This document shows positions 7,601-15,284 of a stretch of 46,619 nt of DNA, piece by piece (position 1 is the first letter of the stretch; each line of letters starts with the position of its first letter). The translations under genes were made by a program, and so were the position numbers. Origin of the DNA: Candidatus Limnocylindrales bacterium (GTDB taxonomy: Bacteria > Chloroflexota > Limnocylindria > Limnocylindrales > CSP1-4); contig DASUMJ010000137.1 in the NCBI GenBank assembly GCA_036277775.1, positions 1-46,619 of the forward strand. Reading direction: 5' to 3'. The notes under the pieces are model-generated. The model was given only the letters and a program-made list of their open reading frames with translations. It was not told the origin of the DNA and made no database searches.

Positions 7601-9906
7601 GAGCTGGTGCCGACCACGACGCGATGGGTCACCCGGTCGATGGCGAGGGTGACCGCGCCGGGGATCTCGACCCGGAGCTCGATCCGCCGCGTCGCGAGGT
7701 CGTAGGCGCGGACCTCGTCGCCGGTCGCGACCCACAGCCGGTCGCCGGCGATCCGGCTGTTGGACCGGGCGTCGTCCCAGCGCGGCTCGATCGCGGCGTC
7801 CCGGACCCCGACCCCGAGGTCGCTCGTGGCGGCCGTCCGGTCCTCGCCCCAGGCGATGATCCCGAGGGCCATCCCGTACTTGGCAAGGTGGGGATGGGTC
7901 CACTCGTAGATGTTGTGCGAGATCCCGTAGCGCCAGAACTGGAGGAACTCGGTCGCGGTCCGCGGGTGGTAGACCTCGTCGAAGTGCATCTGGTACGGCT
8001 CGCCGAGCCGCCAGATCCGGCCGGTGAGGAGGACCGCGGCAAGGACGACGATCATCCAGACGTCGAGCCGGTCGAGGCGGCCGCCACCCTCGCGCTCCAG
8101 GCCCGCGGTGCGGTCCGGCCGGATCGGCCGCTCCGAGAGGCGGGCACGGAGCCAGCCGATGAAGCCGATCTCGCCCGAGGACGGTCGGCTCTCCCAGACC
8201 GGGAACCGCTCGACGTCCGCGACACGATGTGCCGGAGGCGGCGTCGGTGGCAGGCGACTGGCGAGGTCGTTGCCCGAGCTGGACACGATGACCCCGGCTC
8301 CCACCGCGGCCGGCTCGACGCCGTGGTCGCCCGGGTGTTCCAGCTCGGGGTCCCGGTCCCTCCCGACGTCAACCGCCAGCCGGTCGTCCGGGCCGGCGGT
8401 CGCGGCGATCTCCCGGCCGAGCCGGGCGCTCGCCGATCGGCGCAGCTCGGACAGTGCGAACAGGAACACGAGGACCTGCGTCGACGCCGCGATCGCCACC
8501 CCGGTCCACGAGCCGAGGTCCGGCCCGATCCCGAGCCAGTCGTCGATGCCGGGGTTGTTCGGGTAGAGCGTCGTGAGGACGAAGTACATGTTCGCGAGCG
8601 TCGCCAGGCTGGAGGCGACGTACGCGATCGTCCAGCGGACCGAGACGGCCGCGAGGATGGCCCCGATCGCGACGAGCGGGAAGAGGTATCGCTCGTGGAC
8701 CCGCGTCGGCACCACGAAGAAGGCCAGGGCGAGGATCGCGAGGCCCACGAGCATGGTCCGGCGGTCGGGTCGCCGGGCGACGAGCAGGCTCACCGCGATG
8801 AAGACCGCGAACGTCAGGACCGTCCCGACGACGACCGCCGGGATCGCCCCGAACGTCACGGCCTCCCCGCAGCGGGTCGCGGTGTCGCCGCTCGTGACCA
8901 CCATGTCGCAGACCCATGCCCGGTTCTGGGCGATCCCGCTGCCCCCGAGCGTGACGAGGGCCCAGGGGTTCCAGGCGTTCACCGACACGTACGGATAGCC
9001 GCCGGCGGTCTTGAAGATCTGCTCGACGAGGCCGCCCGGCAGCCCGAGGCCGAACGGCAGCGACAGGAGGATCGCCGGCAGCAGGCCCGCCAGCCCGGTC
9101 GTGACGATGCGGATCGGCCCTCGCGTCCGCGCCTCCCAGTCGGTCGTCGATCGGCGCCGCTCGGGCGGGGCCTCGTCGCCGTAGCCGCCGTCCGGCCGGA
9201 GGGCCCGCCGGATCGTGACGGCCGCCACGATCGGGACGAGGATCCCGAGCTGGGGCTTGATCATCGCGCCGACGACGGTGAGGACGGCAGCCCGCTCGGG
9301 CCGGTCCCGCCACAGCTCCCGCAGCCCCAGGAGCAGGAAGATCACCCCGACCGAGTCGACCTGGCCCCAGATCGCGCTGTCGAGCCAGGTGATCGGGTTG
9401 ACCGCCACGAGGATCGCCCCGAGACGCGCCGCCCAGCGCCCGGCACCGAGCTCCAGGGCCATCGACCAGACGAGATAGGCGAGGACAACGTCGCCGACGA
9501 TCGGCGGGATCTTGATCAGGTCACCGACGCCACCGAAGACCGCGCCGACGGCCCCGACGAGCCACAGCACGTAGAGGTACCCGGGCGTGTAGTCGTGGAG
9601 GAAGTCCCGCTCGTAGAACCCGTGGAGGCCCTCGTGGAACAGGTTCGACGCCCAGAACTGGAAGGCGCCGATGTCGTTGGCAAAGCCGGAGCCGGGCAGG
9701 AGGTATGCGATGATGGCGCGGAAGGTGAGGGCCAGCGCGAGGAGGATGAGGATGCCGCCGACGTCGTCCCGCGTCCCGGACCGCGTCGCGCTCCCGCCCC
9801 GAACGGGCTCACCCGACACGGGGCCTGTCAACCGGTCCGGCCTCCTGCACGAGCGATGAGGTGGAGGGCAGGGTAGCACAGGGCCATGCCTCGACCGGGA
9901 TCGCAC
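4597..9906 (-). CDS. giant fused membrane glycosyltransferase: N-terminal GT-C module + Pmt (GT39)-like module carrying a beta-propeller-like insert
   Basis: Uninterrupted 1769-aa ORF.
- aa ~50-485: multi-TM module with 'DYTPGYLYVLW' and 'VHERYLFPL' (ALG6/8- or Gpi18-like GT-C motifs).
- aa 613-685: Pmt signature 'HFDEVYHPRTA…YEWTHPHLAKYG'.
- aa ~686-1028: soluble repeat region.
- aa 1029 onward: the Pmt continues with 'AFAWRLPGV…' and a PMT_4TMC-like 'WWAWAFDFKPVWFY…FQYHYYTSLPF'.
The start is uncertain: GTG 9906 overlaps the divergent gene, and the alternative is GTG 9819. Confidence 0.8.
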   Translation of the reverse strand: MRSRSRHGPVLPCPPPHRSCRRPDRLTGPVSGEPVRGGSATRSGTRDDVGGILILLALALTFRAIIAYLLPGSGFANDIGAFQFWASNLFHEGLHGFYERDFLHDYTPGYLYVLWLVGAVGAVFGGVGDLIKIPPIVGDVVLAYLVWSMALELGAGRWAARLGAILVAVNPITWLDSAIWGQVDSVGVIFLLLGLRELWRDRPERAAVLTVVGAMIKPQLGILVPIVAAVTIRRALRPDGGYGDEAPPERRRSTTDWEARTRGPIRIVTTGLAGLLPAILLSLPFGLGLPGGLVEQIFKTAGGYPYVSVNAWNPWALVTLGGSGIAQNRAWVCDMVVTSGDTATRCGEAVTFGAIPAVVVGTVLTFAVFIAVSLLVARRPDRRTMLVGLAILALAFFVVPTRVHERYLFPLVAIGAILAAVSVRWTIAYVASSLATLANMYFVLTTLYPNNPGIDDWLGIGPDLGSWTGVAIAASTQVLVFLFALSELRRSASARLGREIAATAGPDDRLAVDVGRDRDPELEHPGDHGVEPAAVGAGVIVSSSGNDLASRLPPTPPPAHRVADVERFPVWESRPSSGEIGFIGWLRARLSERPIRPDRTAGLEREGGGRLDRLDVWMIVVLAAVLLTGRIWRLGEPYQMHFDEVYHPRTATEFLQFWRYGISHNIYEWTHPHLAKYGMALGIIAWGEDRTAATSDLGVGVRDAAIEPRWDDARSNSRIAGDRLWVATGDEVRAYDLATRRIELRVEIPGAVTLAIDRVTHRVVVGTSSGDVRIIPTRPLDDARWTGTAAEPGARAFATLDGPVRLLHVSSDGTSIAAVLEAATPGAAEPVVLLDATAATEVGRLELAEVAQIADAGAATVALATAGGVVFLDTTTAESTATIELGGAAVGLAFVTNLDKDRLYVGVETADGPRVATIVAPGSGGEPTHETTLVLPGTEAGWVGYDLASQMVHALGSTPDGSAATIYVIEPHANAIYADAAIYADAALPLEPAALVMDDAQRYPSSDRQQILALAADGSVATIDVGQHAFAWRLPGVIAGVLMALLLYVLARILFRRREVAVFLAAIVALDGMLFAQSRIGMNDAYVGLGIVAAYTIFAALWRTAGGGRRRWLAFALGMPAIGFFLGFALAAKWVAAYAIGALGILVLARSALGRVLLIGGLVVLTTALGYLAISVPEGESGGNYLFLAIMVGLTLVAVVANVLHPVAWTWEEQRLAVVGPPVLGGAVFLAALALGRAGTPVVLGPVAFTPQELAFALVVLGAVAYTVFAIVGRWGFGPMAAPPPADDPASLLEPPAGAPEGWLRPGAGFGLPLVWIALCLVVLPLGLYVASYLPWAFMEDHRIVEAFPAGHTGQTLWDLTQSMYRYHNTLSAAHAASSPWWAWAFDFKPVWFYQESFAGGTSAAIYDAGNLVAWWLAIPAMAFVAWQAFVRRNAGLALIAIGFACQWIAWSRIDRAAFQYHYYTSLPFLFLALAYFLSELWRGASRRTWLLARLAAAVAVMAPTTLWLFHRPLCGFVRVTDVNPDSRACPTLIPDFVLTDRALGIAVVVGVGVLLLVRLLLSLAAEAEDGPGGGGSGRGIGGRLGMAALTALGVSLAFVVASVFLDETARIKAANIPVEPIALVVTLALLPVAAFVATARDARRFVVGAVVAIAAWFFLWYPNFAALPLPSALSNAYQGLLPTYVYPFQFPVSTIDRSVAGPSLIDTGPALLLVTLAAVCVAVGYAAWVWRITLAEQAYLGTEAPRPDRSDLPGPPGPDAPGTDVARA

Positions 9907-11396
9907 GAACGGATCCGCACTGGCTCGACCTCCTCCCCTCGGTCCTCATCGGGCTCGGCCTCGTGGCGGCGGCGCTCGCCGCCTACTGGCTGCCCGGATC
10001 GGTCCGCTACTACAACCACTTCGTCTGGCAGGCGCTCGCCTTCCTCGACGGCAGAGCCGCGATCACCTGGCCCGTCCCGGGGAACGACTTCTTCCAGGAC
10101 GTCCTGCCACTGCGTGATGCCGACGGCAATCTGACGGGTTACGGGCTCCTGCCGTTCCCACCGCTGCCGGCGATCGTCCTCATGCCGGTCGTCGCGATCT
10201 TCGGGCTCGCGACCGACGAGCGGGCCGTCTCCGTCGTGATCGGGGCGATCGACGTCGGGATCTGCTGGTGGGCGCTCGGACGGCTCCCGGTCACGCGGCT
10301 CGTCCGCCTCGCGGTGACGATCTTCTTCGGCTTCGGGACGGTGTTCTGGTATGCGGCCGGCCTCGGCACGACCTGGTTCCTCGCCCACGTCGTGGCCCTG
10401 GCACCGCTGCTCCTGGCCATCGGGCTCGCGCTCCGCGCGGATCGGACGCTGATCGCCGACGCGGAGACGGCGATGGCCGTCGATGACGACGACGCCGACG
10501 CGCTCGAGCCGCGACCGGAGCTCGAGGCCGGCGACGAGGAGCCGCCCAGGACGACGGTCGCCGGCGTGATCCGTGACGCCGTCCTGGAGACGCTCGACGG
10601 CCTCCGGTCACCGCTCGGCTTCATCGACGGGCGCCAGTTCGTCGTCGGGTTCCTGTTCGGGCTTGCCTGCACGGCCCGGCTGACGATCGTCTTCGGGGCG
10701 CCGTTCTTCATGCTCGTCGGCGGCGGCGGCTCGCTGGCCCGGCGGTCGGTCTCGGCCGGGCTCGGGGCGATCATCCCGGTCGGGCTGCTCCTCGTCTACA
10801 ACCTCGCGACGACCGGGCACTTCTTCCACCCCGGTTACGAGTACCTCTACCAGCTCGAGGCCGTCGGCTACCGGGCGCTCGGGTACAACCCCGACTGGGC
10901 GATCGAGGACGTCCGCTATCTGCCCCAGAACCTCGCGATCATGTTCGCCTCGCTGCCGGCGTTCTTCCCGGAGTTCGTGCCGGGCGGCCTCGGTCCCGGC
11001 CGCGCGCTGTGCACCGAGCCGGGCGCGGTCCGCGGCCTCTTCGACCTCGCCTGCCCGATCGCGATGCCGCGCGACATCGGGATGAGCATCATCCTGACGA
11101 GCCCGGCCTACCTGTACATCGTGCCGGCGCTCGCCAGGTTCGGGCAGTCGCGGCTGGTCGCGGGGGCGGCCCTCGCGATCGCCGCGATCGCGATCGTCAA
11201 CCTCATGCACTTCAGCCAGGGCTGGGTCCAGTTCGGCTATCGGTTCAGCAACGACTTCGTCGCGTTCGCCCTGCCGCTCGTCGCGATCGGGATCGCCCGG
11301 CGCGGCGGCGTCGGGCTGCTCGCCGCCTGGCTCGTCGGGGTGTCCGTGGCGATCAACTTCTGGGGCGTCACGTGGGGCAACCTCCTGGGATGGTGA
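9861..11396 (+). CDS. GT-C fold membrane glycosyltransferase (ArnT/PMT_2-like)
   Basis: 511 aa and polytopic, with at least 10 hydrophobic segments. There is an early periplasmic-loop acidic motif region ('FLDGRAAITWPVPGNDFFQDVLPLRDADG'). GTG 9861 is the only canonical start ahead of TM1. The stop overlaps the next gene's start by 7 nt. Confidence 0.7.
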   Translation: MEGRVAQGHASTGIARTDPHWLDLLPSVLIGLGLVAAALAAYWLPGSVRYYNHFVWQALAFLDGRAAITWPVPGNDFFQDVLPLRDADGNLTGYGLLPFPPLPAIVLMPVVAIFGLATDERAVSVVIGAIDVGICWWALGRLPVTRLVRLAVTIFFGFGTVFWYAAGLGTTWFLAHVVALAPLLLAIGLALRADRTLIADAETAMAVDDDDADALEPRPELEAGDEEPPRTTVAGVIRDAVLETLDGLRSPLGFIDGRQFVVGFLFGLACTARLTIVFGAPFFMLVGGGGSLARRSVSAGLGAIIPVGLLLVYNLATTGHFFHPGYEYLYQLEAVGYRALGYNPDWAIEDVRYLPQNLAIMFASLPAFFPEFVPGGLGPGRALCTEPGAVRGLFDLACPIAMPRDIGMSIILTSPAYLYIVPALARFGQSRLVAGAALAIAAIAIVNLMHFSQGWVQFGYRFSNDFVAFALPLVAIGIARRGGVGLLAAWLVGVSVAINFWGVTWGNLLGW

Positions 11397-13015
11397 CGTC
11401 GGCGGGCAGTCCGCTCAGCCGCGTCCGGGCCGCGTTGCCGTGGCTCGTCCCGCCGGTCGTCGTCGCGCTCGCGGTCGTCGTGATCGTCAGCCCCGGGCTG
11501 ATGCCGGACGTGGGCTTCTGGGACACCGGCGAGTTCCAGACGGTCGCCCCGATCCTCGGCACCGCCCACCCGACCGGCTACCCCACGTACGTGATCCTCG
11601 GGTTCGTCGTCAACGTCCTGCTCACGCCGCTCGGCGAGCCGGCCTTCCGGATGAACGTCTTCTCGCTGCTCTGCGTCGCCGTGGCCGCCGCGGCGACCGT
11701 CCGGCTCGTGATCCGGCTCACCGGCTCGGTGCCGGTGGCGATGGCGGCCGGCCTCGGGCTGGCCCTGACGCCGATCGCCTGGGCGATCGCGACACGGGCC
11801 GACCCGCACTCGCTCCACCTCGCGTTCGTGGGGCTGCTCCTCGCGGTCCTCGTCCGCTGGGAGCACGGCCGCCGCGACGGCGAGCCGCGAGCGGATCGCT
11901 GGCTCGTCCTGGCCGCCGCGACCTTCGGGCTGTCGGCCGGGAACCACTCGCTGACCCTGCTGCTCGCGCTCCCGATCGGCCTGTACGTCCTGGCGGTCCA
12001 TCCCGGGATCATCCGGCGGCCCCGGCTCGTCGCGGCCTGCGCGGCCGTCCTCGTCGGGAGCCTCGTCCTCGTCTACCTCGAGCTGCCGCTCCGGGCCGGC
12101 CCGTTCAGGGCGGAGCTCGTCTACGCGAAGCCCGAGACGTGGGACGGGTTCTGGTACGTCGCCCTCGCCGAGCAGTTCCGAGGCTCGCTCCACGACCCGC
12201 TGGGCGAGCTCCCCCGGAAGCTCGGTGACGTCGCGTCGCTCGCCGTCACCCAGTTCGGGCTCCTCGCCCCGGCGATCGTCGTGGCGTTCATCGCCACGGC
12301 GGTCCGGCACCCGCGATACGCCCTCCTCACCGGGTCGGCGATGATCATCACGGTGCTCTTCAATGCCTCGTACTCCAACGCCGACATCCAGCGCTACTAC
12401 CTCGGACCGGCGCTCTGGGCCTGGACCTGGCTCGGCATCCTGGGCGGCGCGATCGTCGAGGGAGTCAGCGGTCGGACGTGGGCGGTCGAGGCCGGTGCCG
12501 CGGCCGGGGCGGAGACGGATGCCGACGCCGCGGTTGCCGCCCCCGGGCTGCCCGCGGGGCCGCTCGGGGCGCTCGTCCCGACCGTGCTCGCCGCGGTCAT
12601 CGGCGTCGTGCTCCTCGTCCCGGCCGTGGCCGAGTTCGACAGCCGCCGGCTCCATGCCGACCGGAGCGGGGACACGGCGGCGCGGCGCTGGGTCACCTCG
12701 GCGCTCGACCAGATCGAGGAGGGCGCGGTCGTCGTCAGCTGGTGGAGCACCTCGACGACGCTCTGGTACGCACAATATGTCGATGGACTCCGGCGCGACC
12801 TGTTCGTCGTCGACGATCGGACGCGGCTCGACCTGGGGTATGGAGAAGCGACCGACGTGATTGCGCGGTTCTACGGCACCCGGCCCGTCTACGTGATCCG
12901 GGCGAACAACCACGACCTCGGGCTGGTCCTCGCGCGCTATGACCTCGAGCCGCTGCCGGAGGGACCGGCGACGAACGTCTACCGCGTGCTCGGTCCCCGG
13001 GGCGGCTCGACGTGA
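11390..13015 (+). CDS. DUF2723 / TMEM260-like GT-C glycosyltransferase
   Basis: The real start is ATG 11390, inside track ORF 11009-13015. 'FWDTGEFQTVAPILGTAHPTGYPTY' matches the DUF2723 signature (WD-x-GE…HPPGYP). The protein has a multi-TM core and a C-terminal soluble domain. Confidence 0.75.
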   Translation: MVTSAGSPLSRVRAALPWLVPPVVVALAVVVIVSPGLMPDVGFWDTGEFQTVAPILGTAHPTGYPTYVILGFVVNVLLTPLGEPAFRMNVFSLLCVAVAAAATVRLVIRLTGSVPVAMAAGLGLALTPIAWAIATRADPHSLHLAFVGLLLAVLVRWEHGRRDGEPRADRWLVLAAATFGLSAGNHSLTLLLALPIGLYVLAVHPGIIRRPRLVAACAAVLVGSLVLVYLELPLRAGPFRAELVYAKPETWDGFWYVALAEQFRGSLHDPLGELPRKLGDVASLAVTQFGLLAPAIVVAFIATAVRHPRYALLTGSAMIITVLFNASYSNADIQRYYLGPALWAWTWLGILGGAIVEGVSGRTWAVEAGAAAGAETDADAAVAAPGLPAGPLGALVPTVLAAVIGVVLLVPAVAEFDSRRLHADRSGDTAARRWVTSALDQIEEGAVVVSWWSTSTTLWYAQYVDGLRRDLFVVDDRTRLDLGYGEATDVIARFYGTRPVYVIRANNHDLGLVLARYDLEPLPEGPATNVYRVLGPRGGST

Positions 13016-13779
13016 CGGACGGCGGCCCGGCCCGCGTCCCGGCGCTCTCGTATTTCTTCCCCGCCCACAACGAGGAGGCCAACCTTCGCGGCCTCGTCGA
13101 GGAGGCCCTCGCGACCCTGCCCGACCTGGCCGAGACGTTCGAGGTGATCATCGTCGACGACGGGTCGCGCGATGCCACGCCGCGGATCGCGGACGAGCTC
13201 GCCGCGGGCGATCCCCGGGTCCGGGCGGTCCATCACCCGAAGAACCGCGGCTACGGTGCAGCCCTCCGCTCCGGCTTCGCGGCTGCTCGCCACGACCTCA
13301 TCGCCTTCACGGACGGGGACCGCCAGTTCAGGGTCGCCGACATCGGGCGCCTCACCGCCCGCTTCGCCGCGGGCGACACCGAGGTCGTCGTCGGGTACCG
13401 GATCAAGCGGGCCGACCCGCTCGTCCGGACGCTCTACGCGAAGACGTACCGGCTCGCGAACCGGATCTTCTTCGGGCTCCGGGTGACCGACGTCGACTGC
13501 GCCTGCAAGCTCTTCCGGCGCGACGCGCTGCGGGGGATCAGCGTCGAGTCGGGCGGGGCGTTCTTCTCGGCCGAGCTCCTCATCAAGCTCCGGGCCGCGG
13601 GCCGGGGCGTCGTCGAGGTGGGGGTGCCGCACTACCCGCGGACCGCCGGGTCGCCGACCGGCGCGAAGCCCCAGGTCGTGCTCCGCGCGATGCGCGACTT
13701 CTGGCTGCTGCGGCTCCGCCTCTGGGCCGCCCCGCGACGTGCGCTGTCCCGCGGCGAGCCGATCCTCCCGGAGGGCTGA
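13012..13779 (+). CDS. GT2 polyprenyl-phosphate sugar synthase (Ppm1/DPM1-like)
   Basis: 255 aa with GTGA overlap to the DUF2723 gene. 'SYFFPAHNEE…VIIVDDGSRD…KNRGYGAALRSG…FTDGD' is a GT-A fold with the DXD pattern. No C-terminal TM is present (DPM1/Ppm1 type). Confidence 0.8.
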   Translation: MTDGGPARVPALSYFFPAHNEEANLRGLVEEALATLPDLAETFEVIIVDDGSRDATPRIADELAAGDPRVRAVHHPKNRGYGAALRSGFAAARHDLIAFTDGDRQFRVADIGRLTARFAAGDTEVVVGYRIKRADPLVRTLYAKTYRLANRIFFGLRVTDVDCACKLFRRDALRGISVESGGAFFSAELLIKLRAAGRGVVEVGVPHYPRTAGSPTGAKPQVVLRAMRDFWLLRLRLWAAPRRALSRGEPILPEG

Positions 13780-13787
13780 CCCGACCG

Positions 13788-14525
13788 TCAGCCGGGACGC
13801 CGGCCTCCCCCGGATCCGCCCGTGCCGCCCGTGCCGCCGGACCCGCCGCGGGGTCCGCCGGAGCCGCCCGCGCCGCCTGGCCCGCCACCGGTACCGCCCG
13901 TTCCGCCGGTCCCGCCGGTCCCGCCGGGGCCACTCGACCCGCCGCTCCCGCCGCTCGAGCTGCCGGGGTCGACGTCGAGCGAGTTGATGAACTCGCGGAA
14001 CATGTCGAGGCGCTCGTCGACGATGTCCTCGCCGAGGGTCTCGAGCGGGACGCCCGGCCCCATCGTGGCGGACGCGGCGCGCGTCGCGCCCTCCCCTCCC
14101 GACTCCTCGTCGCCGGGATCGGCGCCGAGGGCTGCCTGCTCGAGGACCGCCTCCGCGACGAGGATCCGGACGTCGGTGCGGACGGCGAGGGCGACGCAGT
14201 CGGACGGGCGTGCGTCCAGCTCCAGCTCGACGCCACCGCGCTCCAGGATCAGGCGGGCGTGGTACGTCTCCTCGGCGAGCTCGGAGATCACGACGCGGTC
14301 GATCCGGACATCGAGGCGCTCGAGGGCCGCCACGAACAGGTCGTGGGTGAGCGGCCGCTCCGCGGACAGGCCCTGGAGCTTCATGGCGATCGCGCTCGCC
14401 TCCCAGGGGCCGATCCAGATCGGGAGGTAGCGGTCGCGCTCGACGTCCTTGAGGATCACGACGTGGCGGTTCGAGAGCATGTGGACGCGGACGCTCTCGA
14501 CTGCCATCTCGACGAGACGGGCCAT
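13788..14525 (-). CDS. bifunctional nuclease family protein (DUF151) with Gly-rich C-terminal tail
   Basis: 'DRYLPIWIGPWEASAIAMKLQG…RPLTHDL…ARPSDCVALAVR…' is colinear with the Rv1829-type BFN domain as I recall it. The last ~55 aa are G/S/T/P only (GGTGGTGGTGGTGGGPGGAGG…). Confidence 0.8.
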   Translation of the reverse strand: MARLVEMAVESVRVHMLSNRHVVILKDVERDRYLPIWIGPWEASAIAMKLQGLSAERPLTHDLFVAALERLDVRIDRVVISELAEETYHARLILERGGVELELDARPSDCVALAVRTDVRILVAEAVLEQAALGADPGDEESGGEGATRAASATMGPGVPLETLGEDIVDERLDMFREFINSLDVDPGSSSGGSGGSSGPGGTGGTGGTGGTGGGPGGAGGSGGPRGGSGGTGGTGGSGGGRRPG

Positions 14526-14576
14526 GGCCGGATTATCCCATCGGGCGGACGGCCGGGCGGGCGGCGGCCGCGCGCC

Positions 14577-15284
14577 TCACCAGGCCGGCGGCCGGGGCCT
14601 GCGGGTGGTGGCCCGGACGACGGCGCCGACGACCATCCCGGCGACGAAGCCGCCGATGTGGGCGAAGAACGCCACGCCCCCCTGGGCCGTCGTCGCGCCG
14701 AGCGAGGCGACGCCGTCGATGAGCTGGAGGACGAACCAGAAGCCGAGGACGAAGACCGCCGGGACCTCGATGAGCTGGTAGAAGAAGCCGAGGAAGACGA
14801 GGGTCAGGATCCGGGCCCGGGGGTAGAGGACGAGGTAGGCGCCGAGGGTCGCCGCGATCGCGCCGGACGCGCCGACGAGCGGGATCTCGCTCGACGGATC
14901 GATCCAGACCTGGGTCAGCGCGGCCGCGATCCCGCCGACGAGGTAGAAGACGAGGAACGGCAGCCGCCCCAGGCGATCCTCGATGTTGTTCCCGAAGATC
15001 CAGAGGAACAGCATGTTGCCGAGCAGGTGAAGCCAGCCGCCGTGGAGGAAGAGCGACCCGAAGATCCCGGTCCACGCCGCCGCCATGTCACCGTCGCCCG
15101 AGAAGGCCGCGGAGATCACGCTCGGGACGGCGCCCCAGGTGCCGAAGAGCTCGCCGAGCGCGGCCTCGCCGCCCGAGGCCTCGACCGACAGCTCGACCGC
15201 GAAGACGGCGAAGCAGGCGGCGATGAGGGCGAGCGTGACGACCGGGGCCCGGCGGGTCGGGTTGGCGTCGCGGAGCGGGATCAC
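14577..15284 (-). CDS. rhomboid family intramembrane serine protease
   Basis: It carries 'WLHLLGNMLFLWIFG', the catalytic 'GASGAIAATLGAY' (GxSG) and 'AHIGGFVAGM' (His). The preferred start is GTG 15284, which overlaps the upstream stop (GTGA). The track start at 15440 would add an R-rich 52-aa extension that overlaps the upstream gene. Confidence 0.8.
   Translation of the reverse strand: MIPLRDANPTRRAPVVTLALIAACFAVFAVELSVEASGGEAALGELFGTWGAVPSVISAAFSGDGDMAAAWTGIFGSLFLHGGWLHLLGNMLFLWIFGNNIEDRLGRLPFLVFYLVGGIAAALTQVWIDPSSEIPLVGASGAIAATLGAYLVLYPRARILTLVFLGFFYQLIEVPAVFVLGFWFVLQLIDGVASLGATTAQGGVAFFAHIGGFVAGMVVGAVVRATTRRPRPPAW

Noticed and set aside
5374-9876. 1500-aa ORF on the + strand, together with the 1150-aa alternate-frame ORF at 4451-7903 (-), both overlapping the giant GT-C gene.
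   Set aside because: The translations are dominated by R/E/D/G/P low-complexity runs, with no TM segments or motifs. The 4597-9906 frame gives coherent GT-C/Pmt motifs throughout. These are typical stop-codon-poor antisense or alternate frames in very GC-rich DNA.
13800-13960. Possible CRISPR or VNTR arrays: the Gly-codon repeat tract here, the jag repeats (24962-25279) and the 3 x 18-bp repeats (4557-4610).
   Set aside because: The repeats are contiguous or in-frame coding repeats without unique spacers of CRISPR size. No cas genes or leader are present in the window.
13822-14430. Pro-rich 202-aa ORF (PPVPPDPPRGPPEPPAPPGPPPVPPVPP…) that could be mistaken for a collagen- or PE/PGRS-like surface protein.
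   Set aside because: It is the reverse complement of the Gly-rich tail and core of the well-supported bifunctional-nuclease gene. It has no signal peptide and no independent start context.
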